From: Hyphochytrium catenoides
Lineage: Eukaryota > Protista > Hyphochytriomycota
Length of the DNA stretch: 64,000 bases
Assembly (NCBI GenBank): GCA_900088475.1
Contig: FLMG01000154.1
Coordinates: 124,001-188,000 of the forward strand
Direction of reading: 5' to 3'
The translations under genes were made by a program, and so were the position numbers. Positions 50,320 to 63,600 of the stretch are shown here, in pieces (position 1 is the first letter of the stretch; every line of letters begins with the position of its first letter). Below the pieces are notes generated by a model that saw only the letters and a program-made list of their open reading frames with translations, had not been told where the DNA came from and searched no databases.

Positions 50320-53300
50320 ATGGACATCCGCAGCTTTTTCAAAAAGCCCTCAGGCTCTGCTGCCCCCAAGGTAGTAGAGACCAAGTCGGTAAGAGTTGTA
50401 ACCAGTTCTCAAACTGCTTCTGGCGTTAATGGACCTTTTCGAACCAGCCGAAGAAGCCAGCGGCACCCACACCTTCCAAGCAGAGCAAGAGGGCCGCTGC
50501 AGCCTCTCCTGCGAGAAGTAAAGCTTCTAAGGCAACGGCAGCTCACAAAGCAGCTGAGAACGGCAAGCCGAGTGCGTCAACCTCTAAGAGGAGAGCCAGC
50601 AAGATGCCGATTGAGATTGAAGATTCAGACTCTGATTACATGGAGGAGGAGGAGGAGGAGCTTCCAGTTCGACAGTCCTCCTTCAAGAGGCTTAGAAAGC
50701 AACAGATCCCAAACGAGAACGTCAGAGCAGGAAGCGCCCGGAACTCCAGAGGCAAACCTCTTGAAGAGCCACAGGAGGTATGACCGCTGTCTCTTCAACA
50801 TTACCCTTAGAAATCGTTTGAGAGACCTCCTCCTCTCACAAGGCCCGACCCGTAAGTCCCAAAAAGTCGGCTACTCCTCAAAAAAGGGCTGCGCCTGCGT
50901 CAGCTCTTCATAAGAAGCCTCCAGTCAAAGTTGCACGTTCAGAGCCTTCGTCAGCGTTAGAGGGCCCACTCAGCGGTAAAACGTTCGTCGTAACGGGGGT
51001 GCTGGACTCTATGTCACGAGAGGAGGCTGAAGACCTCATCAAGCAGCATGGAGGGTAGGGATCACGGTGCTTGCTTAATCTAACGACCTAGCGATTACTC
51101 ATGGAGCTTGTGAACCTTTGACACCTTGACTGCGTGCAGCAAGATGACTTCAGCAGTCAGTGGAAAGACGACCTACCTGGTAACAGGCAGTGTTCTGGAA
51201 GACGGCAGAGAAGTGACGGCTGGTTCCAAGTATCGCAAAGCGACGGAGAAGGGCACGAAGATTATTAATGAGCAAGACTTCCTCGCACTTGTCAAAGCCT
51301 CGGACGACAAAAAGGCGGCAGCGTCCCCACCGCCAGCTCCAGTTCCGTCACGCAACGCTTCAACCAAACCTCTCCGTTCGTCTAAAGGGTCTGCGAGTTC
51401 TTCAAGGTACAGTCTCACGCTTTGCACCAAGCGACTGGTCAGTGACTGGTCAGCATCTGAACTCTCCGTTTGTAGTGCCGGAGCTACTGACGATACAGAG
51501 CTTTGGGCCGACAAGTACAGGCCCATCAAGATGGACGACTTGGTCGGAAACCAGGACAATGTGAAAAAGCTCTACACCTGGCTGCAGAACTGGGAGAAGT
51601 ACCACGTTCATGGTATCTTGTTATTCTTGGCTTCCCGGGCATTTTCTCCTTAGCTATTTCTACTCTCTCTCGGAAAAGATATTCGCTCCCCGCTGGCCTT
51701 GCTCTCCTATCTGTCACATTTCCGGGTATAGCATATCTGTCACATTTCCGGGTATAGCATATCAATGAAGAGACTGTGGTGGCCGGCACTCATAATATGT
51801 CAACTAGGTGTAAAGCCCACTTGGAACAAAGAGAATCCTGGCGCAAAGGCAGTGCTCATCTCTGGACCTCCTGGAATAGGAAAAACGACGGCAGCGACAC
51901 TGGCAGCTAAATCACTGGGATTTGCTGTGCAGGAGCTGAACGCTAGCGACACAAGAAGCAAGAACTCCCTCCACTCGCACATGCTAGGCGCTTCTACGAC
52001 CCAGGAGTTTCGCTTCGAGGCCCCGTCGAGGAGTGACAAGGGTAGAGTCATTATCATGGACGAGGTCGACGGCATGTCCGCAGGAGACAGAGGAGGCATG
52101 GCTGAATTGATCCAAATTATCAAGAAATCCAAAGTTCCCATCATTTGCATATGTAACGACCGGCAGAGTCAGAAAGTGCGATCATTGGCGAACCATTGCT
52201 ATGACCTCCGCTTCCGAAGGCCTACCAAACAGGCGGTGGCCAAAAGAATGCTGGACATAGCTTCGATGGAAGGCGTGTCTATTGAACCGAATGCTATTGA
52301 GCTGCTTATAGAAAGTGTTGGCAATGATATCCGACAGGTGACTATAGGTTATCTGCCTTTGGCGGCGATTCTGTAGGTCTGTCAGGCACTAAGACTTTTC
52401 TTCCTTTGTCTTTCCTTAACCAGGTGCTCAACACAATGCAGATGTGGAAGCGGAGGTCGAGGAATATGTCCTACAGAGATGCGAAGAACGCTTTGTCCAC
52501 GTTCAATAAGGATTCGGTAAGGAGGATACATTAGATCAGACACGTTACGTTTTGGCATCGGCGACTAATGAGGCCATTCTCCCATCGCTGCCAGATCCTT
52601 CGTCTTTCACCGTTCGATGCATGCATGAGAATCTTCAATGAGAGCCGGACGAGCACTTTTGGCGCTAGGAATGAGGCCTACTTCATTGACTATTCACTCA
52701 TTCCCCTGATGATACAGGTGATAGTTTGGAGGCATAAATTCTCCTGACTTTTCGAATTTCTTAATCTATTCACATTCCACGCGGACAGCAAAACTATGTA
52801 GAAGCAGTGCGGAAAGGAGGACCCCAGAACAAGTCAGATCCAATGGAAGAATCTATGCGTCTGGCGGCGACGGCTGAAGGTCTCTCGGATAGCGACATGG
52901 CGGAGGTGTATATACGTCAGGACCAGGTCCGTTCTCCTGCCTCTTACCTCCGCCAGCAGGGACGGATGAGCTAATCAGCATGATGGGCACAGAACTGGTC
53001 GCTTCTCTCGACGCAGGCCGCGCTAAATGTCAGAGCAGCCTACATCGCTGAGGGCAGAGTGGGTTTCCCACAATTTCCAGAGTACGTAAAGTTTTCAGGA
53101 ATGTTTAGAAGGAGGTAAAGAGAGGAGCTGATACCGTCATCCTACCATCAGATGGATGGGGAAGAACTCTACCAAGACCAAGATGAAGAGACTCCTGGGA
53201 GAGCTGTCCACGCACATGTCACAGAAGATCACTGGATCAAGGACCGGTGAGCGCTATTAGCTGCATTCCCGGAGCTTACCAGCCCTGCCGTGCAGCTATC

Positions 53301-54030
53301 ATAATGACAATCTTCTCTCTCTTCTCTTCGTAGACGTGCGCCTCGATTACCTCCCTGTACTAAGGTCAGCCTTGCTCCGGCCCATTATTGAGCGCCAGGC
53401 GGTATGTTGAGACCATCTCCTTCACTGAGCGCCTCCTCACGTCATGGCAATCTCCGCATGCTTGTACTCTGAACAGGATGGTGTGGACGAGACGGTGGCC
53501 CTACTAGACGACTACGGGCTTAGTCGTGAAGACTTCACGGAAACACTGGCGTCAGAGTTTGTCTTCTCAGACGGAAAGAAGTACGCAGACATCGCTGACT
53601 CGAAGACAAAAGCAGCGTTGACGAGAAAGTAAGGCTTCAACCTATATATTCCATTCAATCCTCGCAGCCCCTTACATTTTGTTTCTTTGTCATTCTCCTA
53701 CCTCTGTGAAGGTACAACCAGACTAGCCATATGTCTCAAGCGCTGGTTGACAGCCAACAAGCAGTAAAAAAGAAGAGAAAGGCCGTGGAAGAGCTCTCTG
53801 AGGAAGTGGACGGCGGTCCTGACGAAGTGCTTGGTGAAGAAGACGACGAGGAGGAAGACGACGACGACGTTAGTGCATTCGTCGCTAAAGGCTCGAAACA
53901 AAAGTCCTCCTCGAGCTCAACTGGCTCCAAGCGGAGTGGGAAAGCAGCTGCCAATGGTAGGGTGGGGGGCAAAGGAGGGGCTGCGTCTTCCTCCTCAAAG
54001 GGCACAAAGGGCACTCGAAGCCGAAGATAG
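50320..54030 (+). CDS. RFC1: Replication factor C subunit 1
   Basis: MDIRSFF N-terminus, BRCT (GKTFVVTGVLDSMSREEAEDLIKQHGG..SAVSGKTTYLV), LWADKYRP, SGPPGIGKTT, ELNASDTRS, MDEVDGM, ICICND, FPEWMGKNS and KAALTRKYN. Confidence 0.97.
51708..51763. repeat. Perfect 26-bp tandem duplication in an RFC1 intron
   Basis: (TATCTGTCACATTTCCGGGTATAGCA)x2 followed by TATC. Confidence 0.95.
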
Positions 54031-54747
54031 TTCTACATTCGTGGTCATGCTCCTTATAAATTTCTTTGAGGCATAGCAGCGTTCCTATAACATTCACACC
54101 TCTGGTGGCTGGATAAGTGAAGCAATCTCTCTCTACTCTACCCTAAACCCAGGAAGGCCGCGCCCTCCACGACGTAGCACCCGGTAGCAGAGATCAAGCA
54201 CCGGAGAAGCCGACTCAACTGAAGCCGATGGCCCGAGCACGGCCTCTCTCTGCTACGTCGAAGCCCGATCTGCAATGGAGTTTGAGATCTCTTTTCAGAT
54301 CGCAACGGACATCTGATGTTATCATTCCAGAGCTAACCCAGGAGCACCTTTCCAAAAACACCGTAGTTCGGTACTAAAGTCTGTAGACTTCCTGTTATCA
54401 TGACGGCCTTCCACTCCCCTCCTCCAGTGAACACGTACAACGAACATCGCCCATCATGGTCCACTTCTGGGGGAGTACTGTAAGATCCGCAACACACAGA
54501 AAGCTGGTGCGCTCTTCGTCAATCAGAACATCACCGGTCCGCACAGCGTCAATGCGCTGTGGCCGCGATAGAGATCGGGAAGCGGAAGTAGAGCAGCAGG
54601 GATAAGAGAGATGCTAAGCCGCTGACAGGCAAGTCGGGACAAAGAGGCAACCACCCAGAGCAACATGAGATCTGAAGGAGCTTCAGCAGCATCCTGGTAG
54701 CTGGTAGACCAAGCTACGGAGTGGGACATTCTATCTAAGAGCCATCC

Positions 54748-54800
54748 CAAACCTTGGCAGAGGGTGACTGTATCAAACCTTGGCAGAGGGTGACTGTATC
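54748..54800. repeat. Perfect 26-bp tandem duplication upstream of CFDP1
   Basis: (CAAACCTTGGCAGAGGGTGACTGTAT)x2 followed by C. Confidence 0.95.
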
Positions 54801-54864
54801 TGAACGAGGTTGATTAGGAACGTTGGCCAGAGTACGATTGGCGAGGATACTAGACTAAGGGGCC

Positions 54865-57302
54865 ATGGCAAGCGCCTTGGCGCTGGCAGACGACCCTAAC
54901 TATAACTCTGAAGAGGATGAAGATTACCAGCCAGGTGTAGCTTCTCTGCCGACAGTTGGTGCTTCTGTCTCGAGTCTCAACTTCCATGCTTTCCTCTACA
55001 TTGAATATTCATACCCACGTCCTCCTTCGTGTTGTTACGTTACGTTATAAGATGGTTAACCCGTAAGCTGATCCTGCTCCTCTGCAAACCTACAATTTGT
55101 TACGACATGGCAGAGGTGGCAAAAAGTGCAAAAGCCGTAGAAGTTACCGCGGACCAGAGAGAAGCGTTTTCTCTTCGATCCGGACTACGAGCGGACGGGA
55201 GTACGTTTGCCTCTATATATACTGGGATGGCGGTCCTAGCGGTTCTATTTACAATGTCTTTCCGCCTTACTCTCTATGCCGCCATACTATCATATTGGTT
55301 CCATTCCGGTGTTGCGGTCGCATCAAGTTGTCTGCTCTGTCCCAACTCCCTGTCCTTGCACTCGCTCCGATGTTGCTGCACTGGTCACAACAAAGATAAT
55401 CTGACCTTTTGGTGCTTCGTACCTTAGAGCGACCACTGTCGCCATCGCCGTCTAGCCCAAGGAGACAAAAAGAAGATGTTAGGGAGACAGAAGGGAAGAA
55501 GGCTAAAGTGGATTCGGTGTGGGAGGATATGAAGGCGTCCGGCGCAGTTTCTAATTCGTCCACGTCAAAGGCGGCAGCGGTATAGCTCGCTGCTTCTCAG
55601 TAACTCTTGTCAAACATCTCGGAGATCCTTGTATCCCTTGCCTTCATTTAGGCCTCTTGCAAACCTATTTCAACTTGTTCTCGTTTGCATTGATGCGCTT
55701 GGCTGGCTGGTTTTCCTGCTCCTGCCCTCATCTGAGGCTGTTGCGCTGGACTTCTTCTGCTGTTTCCTGCGTCTCATCCTTTATCCCGATCTGTCACTAT
55801 CGGGGGCCTGCATTAACGAATAGTCCTTCGCTGTCTGTCTCCCTCACGCTTCTGATGATCTCTCTCTGCTGCCTGCCCACTTAACTCTCACGCGTCTCCC
55901 AGCTCCTCTTAGGACGAAGCAAGCCAAAGGGAAAGAAGAAGAAAGGGGGGTTATTGGAGTTCAAGCCCCCTTCTCTCTCTGTTGATCGCTCAGTTGTACG
56001 CTCCGTCAACGTTAAGAACCAAGAGACCGCACAGGTTGTCAAGTTTGCAGGGCAAAACATTATGTAAGAGGAGCCGAGTCTCAGTCTACCACCGCAATCC
56101 TGTCAATGCAAAGAGCTCTGTGTGGGAGGGCCTTTGTATCCATTGCCTTTTGCTCTTAAGGACTCATTGTCCCTTTTAGAGCCTGCTTATCTTAGTCGCG
56201 GCTTTCATTCAAACGAAGAGTTGGCGTCCGTGTCCTAACGCCGTGTGACCTTCCATCGACTGCTTTGCTCAACTCCTCTGTCATTTGCTTAAATACCGAT
56301 GCTGTCTCATACCTCTGGCTTGTGTTCGGCGTAGAGTAACGAAGACATCAACGAACACCCCAAACCCAGCTAATGAGTCCGACAAGGCCGATGCTAAGAA
56401 GATTCAGCTTCCTCCTGAGGATTTGAGGGCCAGGATCAGGGCAGCGGCCAAGAAGGCCGTTCAGGCAGCTAGCCCTGTGGTGCGCGTCTGTCTTTCGGTG
56501 TCTGACAGCCTCTCCGCTGCTATTTATTCTGTTGGCACTTCCTTCTCTCGCTCACTCGCCCTCTCTCTTTCGCTCTCTCTCTCTCTCTCCCTCTCTCTCC
56601 CCTTCCTCCTAGAGTCTTTTAACCTGTGTTTCCGCTTTGCTTTTCTATTCCCAGCCAGTGCGGCTGCACGATGCATTCTAAACTCCATTCTTGATAGGGT
56701 CCCACCACTGACGGGGAGCAGACGAAGGCTGCACCAGAACGGGAGGCTCCTCCTCCGACCTCTATCTCTGCATTGGACCAGATGGTAGAGGTAGCCCAAG
56801 GAAAGGTGAAGAAGATTACCACCATCGAGAAGAGCAATTATGACTGGGACAAGTTCAAAAAAGAGGAGAAGATAGAAGATGAGCTGGAGCAGTACACCAA
56901 AGATGGGTAAGAGGATCAAAGAGACAAGGAAGCGTCTGAAAAGAGAAGAGGTCTCTCTTTGATGCGCCAGACTGCGCCAACTAACTATGTGTCTCTCTCC
57001 CCGTCGACACACATTCTGTCTCTTCCATTACTCGCTTCTGTCTCTGTCTCTCTCCATGCGCTTCAGTCCCTCTTTTTGTCAACTCTCTTGTCGGTACACC
57101 TACTCCCTTCCACCACTGTCCAACGGAATTCTGTCCCACCTTTGAAGGGAACTAATCACCTATTCTCTATCCAATTTTCCTGTCCTGATCTAGATATATT
57201 GAGAAACAGCAGTTTTTGCAACGAGTGGACTCCAGGCAGTTCGAAGTGGAGAGAGCAGAGCGAGAGAAGCAGAGGAAGGCTGCGCCCCGACCGCCAGTCT
57301 AA
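54865..57302 (+). CDS. CFDP1: CFDP1/BCNT/Swc5-like protein
   Basis: YNSEEDEDYQP, KVDSVWEDMK, VVKFAGQNI and the BCNT-C domain KKITTIEKSNYDWDKFKKEEKIEDELEQYTKDG|YIEKQQFLQRVDSRQFEVER. Confidence 0.92.
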
Positions 57303-57685
57303 GCATTGCCCTCCTCCTGTCTCGTTCACTCCCTGGTCGCTAATGTTAATATGCCCAATGCCTACAGCTGCTGCCAAAGCAAGCGCAGTCTTACTTGGTT
57401 CTATTGTCTCTGGTCAGGATGCCTCTTTATATAACATTAGGGACCTTTAGTTAGGATGCCTCGGGGCGGTGATATGTACATAAATAGAAGTCGTACAATA
57501 AGTACCTTGATATCGCGCTCTGTCATCCCCTACGGCTCTTCCTGCCGCTTGTACTATTTTCTCTCATTCAGGATCTTCCTAAATTCCTGTCGTTATAGTA
57601 TCGTTCACTTCCTTGCCACTTTCTCTCCTCCCTAAGATAGCGCTCGGCCTTCAGCCCACTGTCTTAGGGCGGAGGTGGGCAAGAG

Positions 57686-60600
57686 TTAGCTTCTGCCATA
57701 GGCGTGAATGGACGCTTCGCTTCCACTGCTTTCGTCAGAGCTAGAGCTTGAGCCGTCACTGCTACTACCGCTGCTACTGCTGCCGCTGCCACTACTGCTG
57801 CTGGTGCGTGAGCTGCTGCTGGACGACGAACGATGGAGAACTGGTGCAGACGAAGGATGGAGAATTGGTGCAGAAGGCGGTGCGGAAGGTTCTTGGTTCT
57901 GAAGAGGAAGAGTCGTCGGCAGAGGAGGTGGTCGGGAGCGACCTCCTGGTAGCGCTTGTTTTTTCCTTCTTTTGTGGACAGACCAGCCTCCATCACTGCT
58001 GTCACTATCCTCCGCCCCTTCTGCTTCTCCGTCGTCTTCGCTGTGATAACTACTGCTGCTACTTGCGCTGCTGCTTTCTCCGACGCTACTCTCTTCTGCG
58101 CTGCTTTCCTCGCTGCTAATGTCTTTCTTCCTTCTTTGAACTCTTGCTCTTCCACGTCCTCTTCCTCGTGGTGCACTTCCTCTTGATGCTCGCTTTCGCG
58201 CAGTTTCAGCCACAGTATGCACGTTAGGTCCATAGTCTCCTCCTCCTTTCGGTGCTTGAGACTCCGCGCCTTCTACAATGAGAGGTTCTACTTGCTCCGG
58301 CTCTGGGGAAGCTGCTTCAGGCTCTGTAACGTCGATTGGCACGCAAGAGCCAATCGCAGACATGCGCAGAGAGGCAAAGTGAGGAAGATAAATAACGTCG
58401 ATCACGCCCCCAAGACTAACTGCTCGGGACAATTTGGCAGTTTCTGTCGTCAGACTGTGAAGGGATGGTAAAGGAACCCGATCTAGAAGGACCATGGCCT
58501 TTGAGAGAAAGACAAGGACTGAAGACAGTAAAGGACTTAAAGCATTAAGCAATAGAGAAATGAAGTTTTACCTTTGAGGCAGAGCCACTCGCCCTTCACT
58601 CTGATCTCCTCTTCTATCTTATTGAAGAGCATTTCTAACGCGTCTGCATATGTTACAATGAGACTCTGCGGCTGGTTGTACAGCCTACAATTAGACCAGA
58701 TCTGGAGGACGTCCGAACGGAAAGAAGACCATGACTGCACAAACGACATGCGTATTTGTGAGGGCTCCGAATTATCACACAGACTTACCAGGGCATCTAT
58801 TGGCCTTTCTTTGACATAGAGGAGAGAAGATGAATGGGGGGACGAGTGGTAGCAGCGAGCATACTCCGCAGTGACGAGGGAAAGGCTCAACTAAGGGAGA
58901 GATGAGGGACGGCTATGAAGAAGATAGGCCTAATGTGCCCACGGACGAATCGAGTAGAGAGGGATAATAGAGGCAGAAAAAATGATAGCAATGAAAGAGG
59001 AGAAACGTATCGAAGCTTAATGGACTGACCGAATAATAACCGGCATTGGCCCTGGTTCGTACTGTCCCCAAGTCCATCGGATGGCGGATGACTGCATAAT
59101 AGTCTGGACACATGTCCAGCTCTGAGTCCACTGGGCGGGCGAAGGGCGCCTAGCAAGAGCGAATGGCAAAAAGAGCTTAGTGATCCTTGTGTGCCGCCCG
59201 ATACAGAGCGCTCCGTGAGATGCATGAAAACGCAAGGAAGCAAGATGAGGAGAGGGTAATCAAGTTCAGCAGGAAAGGACTCGATGGTCATTCAGTGAAT
59301 GGAGATCAGCACTGGGGCTGCGGCTCTCAACGCTACTTCGGACTTACGGCAATCTCCTCTCGAAGTAACCTCTCCACTATGTCCGTACATAGCCTTTCTA
59401 TGATCATCTGCTCTCTTTGTTCTCTCACTTCATCTGCGTCTTGTGCTAGCGGTTCAGCCGGTATGTAGCTAAAGTCTAAGCCCGTCAGGGCCTTTCCAAT
59501 ATCCAGCACCTCTGAGGGAGAAAGGAGCTGGATGCCAGAAGAGGGAGTCGGAAGCAGCGTCTCCTCTGGCTCAGAAGTCCGTGAGAATCTCCTTTCTGCC
59601 CTTATGGACCTAAGTGAGTCGCAGCCAGGCAGGACATATAGAACGAGTGTCAGTGAACGAGGTACATAGAGTGGAAAAGCACGTCTCGTCTGCCTGAATA
59701 AGAACAGAGAGCAAGGGGCGGGGGAGGAGAGGGAGAGAACAAAGAATGAGAGATAGGGCGACAGAGGCAGTCGTAAAGGGCGATGCACTTGCTAGAGATA
59801 GTCCAGAGGATTATTAGAATGTCAAAGGCTGTGTCTCATTTGCATGCAGACATTAAATGAGGTCTTCCACCTTACCTTTGAGAGACGACTGAACCTTTCG
59901 GTGTCACTTCCGCTGTCCGACTTCTTGTCTTTCTTTCCTCCTGGGCGGTTAGCTAGAAGGAGAGAGGTCAGATAAGGTTATCAGCTGCACACTTAGAGCT
60001 GGATTAAGAGAAAAGCTGCTTGAACCGACAGAGGATATTTTTGATATGCCTACCGGTTTTTCATCTGTAAGTTGGCTCCTAATGCTGGCCACCGCCACCC
60101 TCGCTGACTGTCTGGCAGGTAGCAGAGCACCCAGAAAGGTGTGTCGTCGCTTTTTCTCTGCAACCTTTGCAGCTGCCTCCTGTTCATGATAGATCTGGCC
60201 GAGCCGCTCGACAAGGCTAGGACAAGGAATTGTTAGCGCTGGATCAAAAGAGAAGAATGGGGACCTGTCTTGATATCCATCTGAGACTTTCCCAGCTCTC
60301 CTCAGGGTTATTGCATCCACCTACAATCGTCACTCACAGGCTATGTCTCCAGCTCTTGTCACCTTCGTCAGGGCTGCCTCTGAGGTCCTTGATCAGCTGC
60401 TCCAGCTCTTCCAAACTAGTGGACACGACCGTCCACTTCCGTGTGTTACCTCCGTAACCTAGGACAGGATTGCAGTGCATGTTATGAGTGAACGTATGAC
60501 TAAGACAAGCGGCGAGTCAGACTCCTAGCAAGATATACCGGAAGTCGACAATTGACACGCTGGCACAGGAGGAAGTGAGTCTTGTTGCTCCCAAGCAAAA

Positions 60601-63600
60601 CCTGTCATCTTCGGACAGGGCCCTACCTGCGAAGAATGGAGGGGCCGGTGGAGCCTGGGCGAGTCGCCTCTTTACGAGCTCCCTTTCTTTCTTGAGGGCT
60701 TCTAATGCAGCTTCTGCCTGCAACTCTTCCCTACTCTTAGCTTCCTCTTCCTCGCCTTCTCCATCGTCCTCTCCTATCGCTGGACCATTCCCAGATCGCC
60801 TCCTCTTCTGTGGCTGATAGCTCTGTCTTCCCGTCCTCCTTGCCCCTCTCGGACTCGGCCTTTTCACAGGTGTAGGGGGCTTTGGCTGGGTCCTCCTGGG
60901 GATTCTCTGACTTCGTCTCTCTCCCCTTGCAGGAGGCTGCTTGGCAGGAGACATAGAAAGGGGTGGCGAGCTTATTGTGGAGCTCCTCCTTCTTCTCACA
61001 GGCCATCCTTGAGCCGCCTTAACCAGGCAGTCCATGCATTTCCATCCTTTATCGTCTCTGCCGCAATCTACTGGTGGACGAGAATCCAACGAAGAGGGAA
61101 GCTTCCCACAGTCTATACAGACGAGCGGTGATGGCTCCTCCTCGTCCATATTTTGCTGTTCTCCCATTTGCTCTTTCCCATCCTGGCACTCTGTCCCTTG
61201 GTGGCCTTCCGTCCGGGTTCCGTTTTGGGGCGCATCTTCAACTATCGCACAGTTGTCCTCTTCCCCTTCATCTCTCACTTCTTCTTCACCTTTGTTCTCG
61301 TCTTTTTCGGAGGAGGAAGAGGCAGACGATCCATCCTCTGCATAACTAACCTTTGGACGCTTCCGCAGCCCTATTGCTGCTGGGAAAGAACTAGTTGATG
61401 GCCTCTGTTTGCCTTCCTCGACATCTTCTTTCTTCTCCTGCCCTTCTGGTGAAAGGGGTAGTTCCTGTGCCTCTTGTTCTTCTTGAAGTGTTGGCTTCTT
61501 GAGAGCCTCTCCTACGGGCTGGCAACCGATAAGTAAGTGTCACAGTATATTAGGGTACGGACGAACGGGACGCACATCAAACGGTAGGGCTGGGGACAGG
61601 AAGAGGCGATAGGCACAATTAGTGCTGAAGGCGGGAAAGTGGATGTAAGCTCCAAGCACTCCATGGAGAAAAGCTAAGTACGTGGCTGCACTCCTTTTAC
61701 CTCTGCCTGCCCGTTGTCTGTCTGCTGCTCCTCATCGCCACTGCTATCACCCTGAAAATCCCCTTCTGGACAGACAAGGAGGATCTTGGAGGCATTTGCT
61801 TTCTTAATGGAATACTTCACAATCGCCCTCTCTCTTTTCCATAAAGGAACCTCTTCGCGATAGACCCAGCAGTGGTCGCCAAAGTACCAGTACATATGAC
61901 CATTATCATCTTCTCCCAAGGGATCTGGCCGCTAAGATTAGGGGCGAAAACGAGGTGTAAACGTAAGGTGGAGAAATGTTTCGGAAGGTGAACACATTCG
62001 CAGCCCTTGATGTGCCATGCACTAAGGAGGCCATGGTTTGACGGGTTAACTCCCAGATAGGGGTAAAGGCGATGAGACCATAGCCTGGGTGTCAAAAGTC
62101 TTGCAAAAGTTAAATCGTGTTTCTTACCAGCATAGCCATTAGGGGGTTATTTAAATCCTTTCCGAGGTGCTGGACCGCGTCCTGTATGGAGCTACTCTCC
62201 TCCACCTTCCAATGGCAAAGGGCGTGCAGGAGTAGAACGCGGTTCTGTATGTCGAGTTGCTTATAGTCCTCTAAGCCATCCAGAGGGTTCTGTCTGAACC
62301 AGTGCCGCCACTTAAGCTTCACACGGTGCCACAGAGACCGCTGCCAGCTCTCTCTCCTATCGTTGGGGTGAAGCGAAGCATGTGAATGGATGAGATGGAG
62401 GAGCGGCAGCAAGACGGAGTTGCAGAGGAGCAGGCAAACGAATACTCGAGAGCTTGGCAAAGCGTATCTAGACCGTACATCTTGTCAAGAGAGTTCTCGT
62501 ACGACTCCTTACACAGCCGTGCATGAACCTCAATCAGCAGCGCCGCCTGCTCAGAAGTAGAAGGTTGAGAGCAGATGGTCGAGTAAGAAGGTGTCGAATG
62601 GAACGGCCGTAAAAGGGTTGAGAAAGGCAAGACACCTCTCCTAACGTTACCTGCGGGCCCCAGCCGTTCTCGTAGTTCAGAAGTGCTTGTTCCAGGTCCT
62701 AATAAAGGCGACAGAAACCGGGAGTTGGTAAGTTAGAGAGCAATAGGTCATGAGGTCAGCCAGCTATCGGCCCCGGTTTAACAGTCACATATGAAGTCTT
62801 TAACAGATTATCACCGAGGTCTTGCTGCATAAAACGGTAACAAAGGTCAAGGCAAAGGTCCAACCCAGATTGTCCAAAGGCCAGTACGACCAGAAGTAGC
62901 CAAAGCTTCTGATGAAGAACAAGGAGGGTCCTGAAGGACCGACCCGTCTTAAAGGTGACATTGAGAAGACGGTGAGATAAAGGAAGAAAAGGAATACCTG
63001 TCTCGATATTTCAGGAAGCCTGAGCTGTTTCTTGAACGCATTCAGTACCATGACTACTTCTGCGAGCTCATACATACCACGGACTATGTCCAATGGAGAG
63101 CGGTCCTCATCTCTCTCTCGCCTGTCAGCTCCATCAAAGCAATACAGTGGCTTTCTGCTATCTGTAAACGTGATGAGGTCCTCCGCCCAATCTTGCATCT
63201 CTTCTTCTCCCTCTTTGGGTGACGGAGCTGAAGGTTTAAGGTCTTGTCTGTCCTGCAGCATCCCTTCTTCAGCCACTTCAGCGTCCATCTCCGTGGCTTC
63301 CTCTTCAAGACTGCAAACCGTACTTTGGGGCTTGACGTGTCCCATGAGCCCTTCCTTAGCTTGCACTGAGGCTAAACGCTTCCTCTCGTCCTCGGTTGCC
63401 TCCTCTTTTACGTTCGGTTTTCCTTCTTGTAGGCCAACACGGTGCCTGTCTTCGCTCTTGACGGCCGCAGCTTCAAGCTTGACATCTTTAAGCTCTGACT
63501 TTACCTCTCCCTGCCGTGGACCCCCACTACCTATCTTTCCTTTGTTCAAAGAATGCTCTGATGTCTGAGGTCTCTCCTTCTGTCCTTCCGCCTCTGGCTC

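Noticed and set aside
51708-54800. CRISPR-like interpretation of the repeats
   Set aside because: Two-copy duplications without unique spacers, no cas genes, eukaryotic context.
60265-60280. Possible 16-nt micro-exon in the bromodomain gene
   Set aside because: A simpler single intron from a GTGAGT donor at about 60337 restores the frame.
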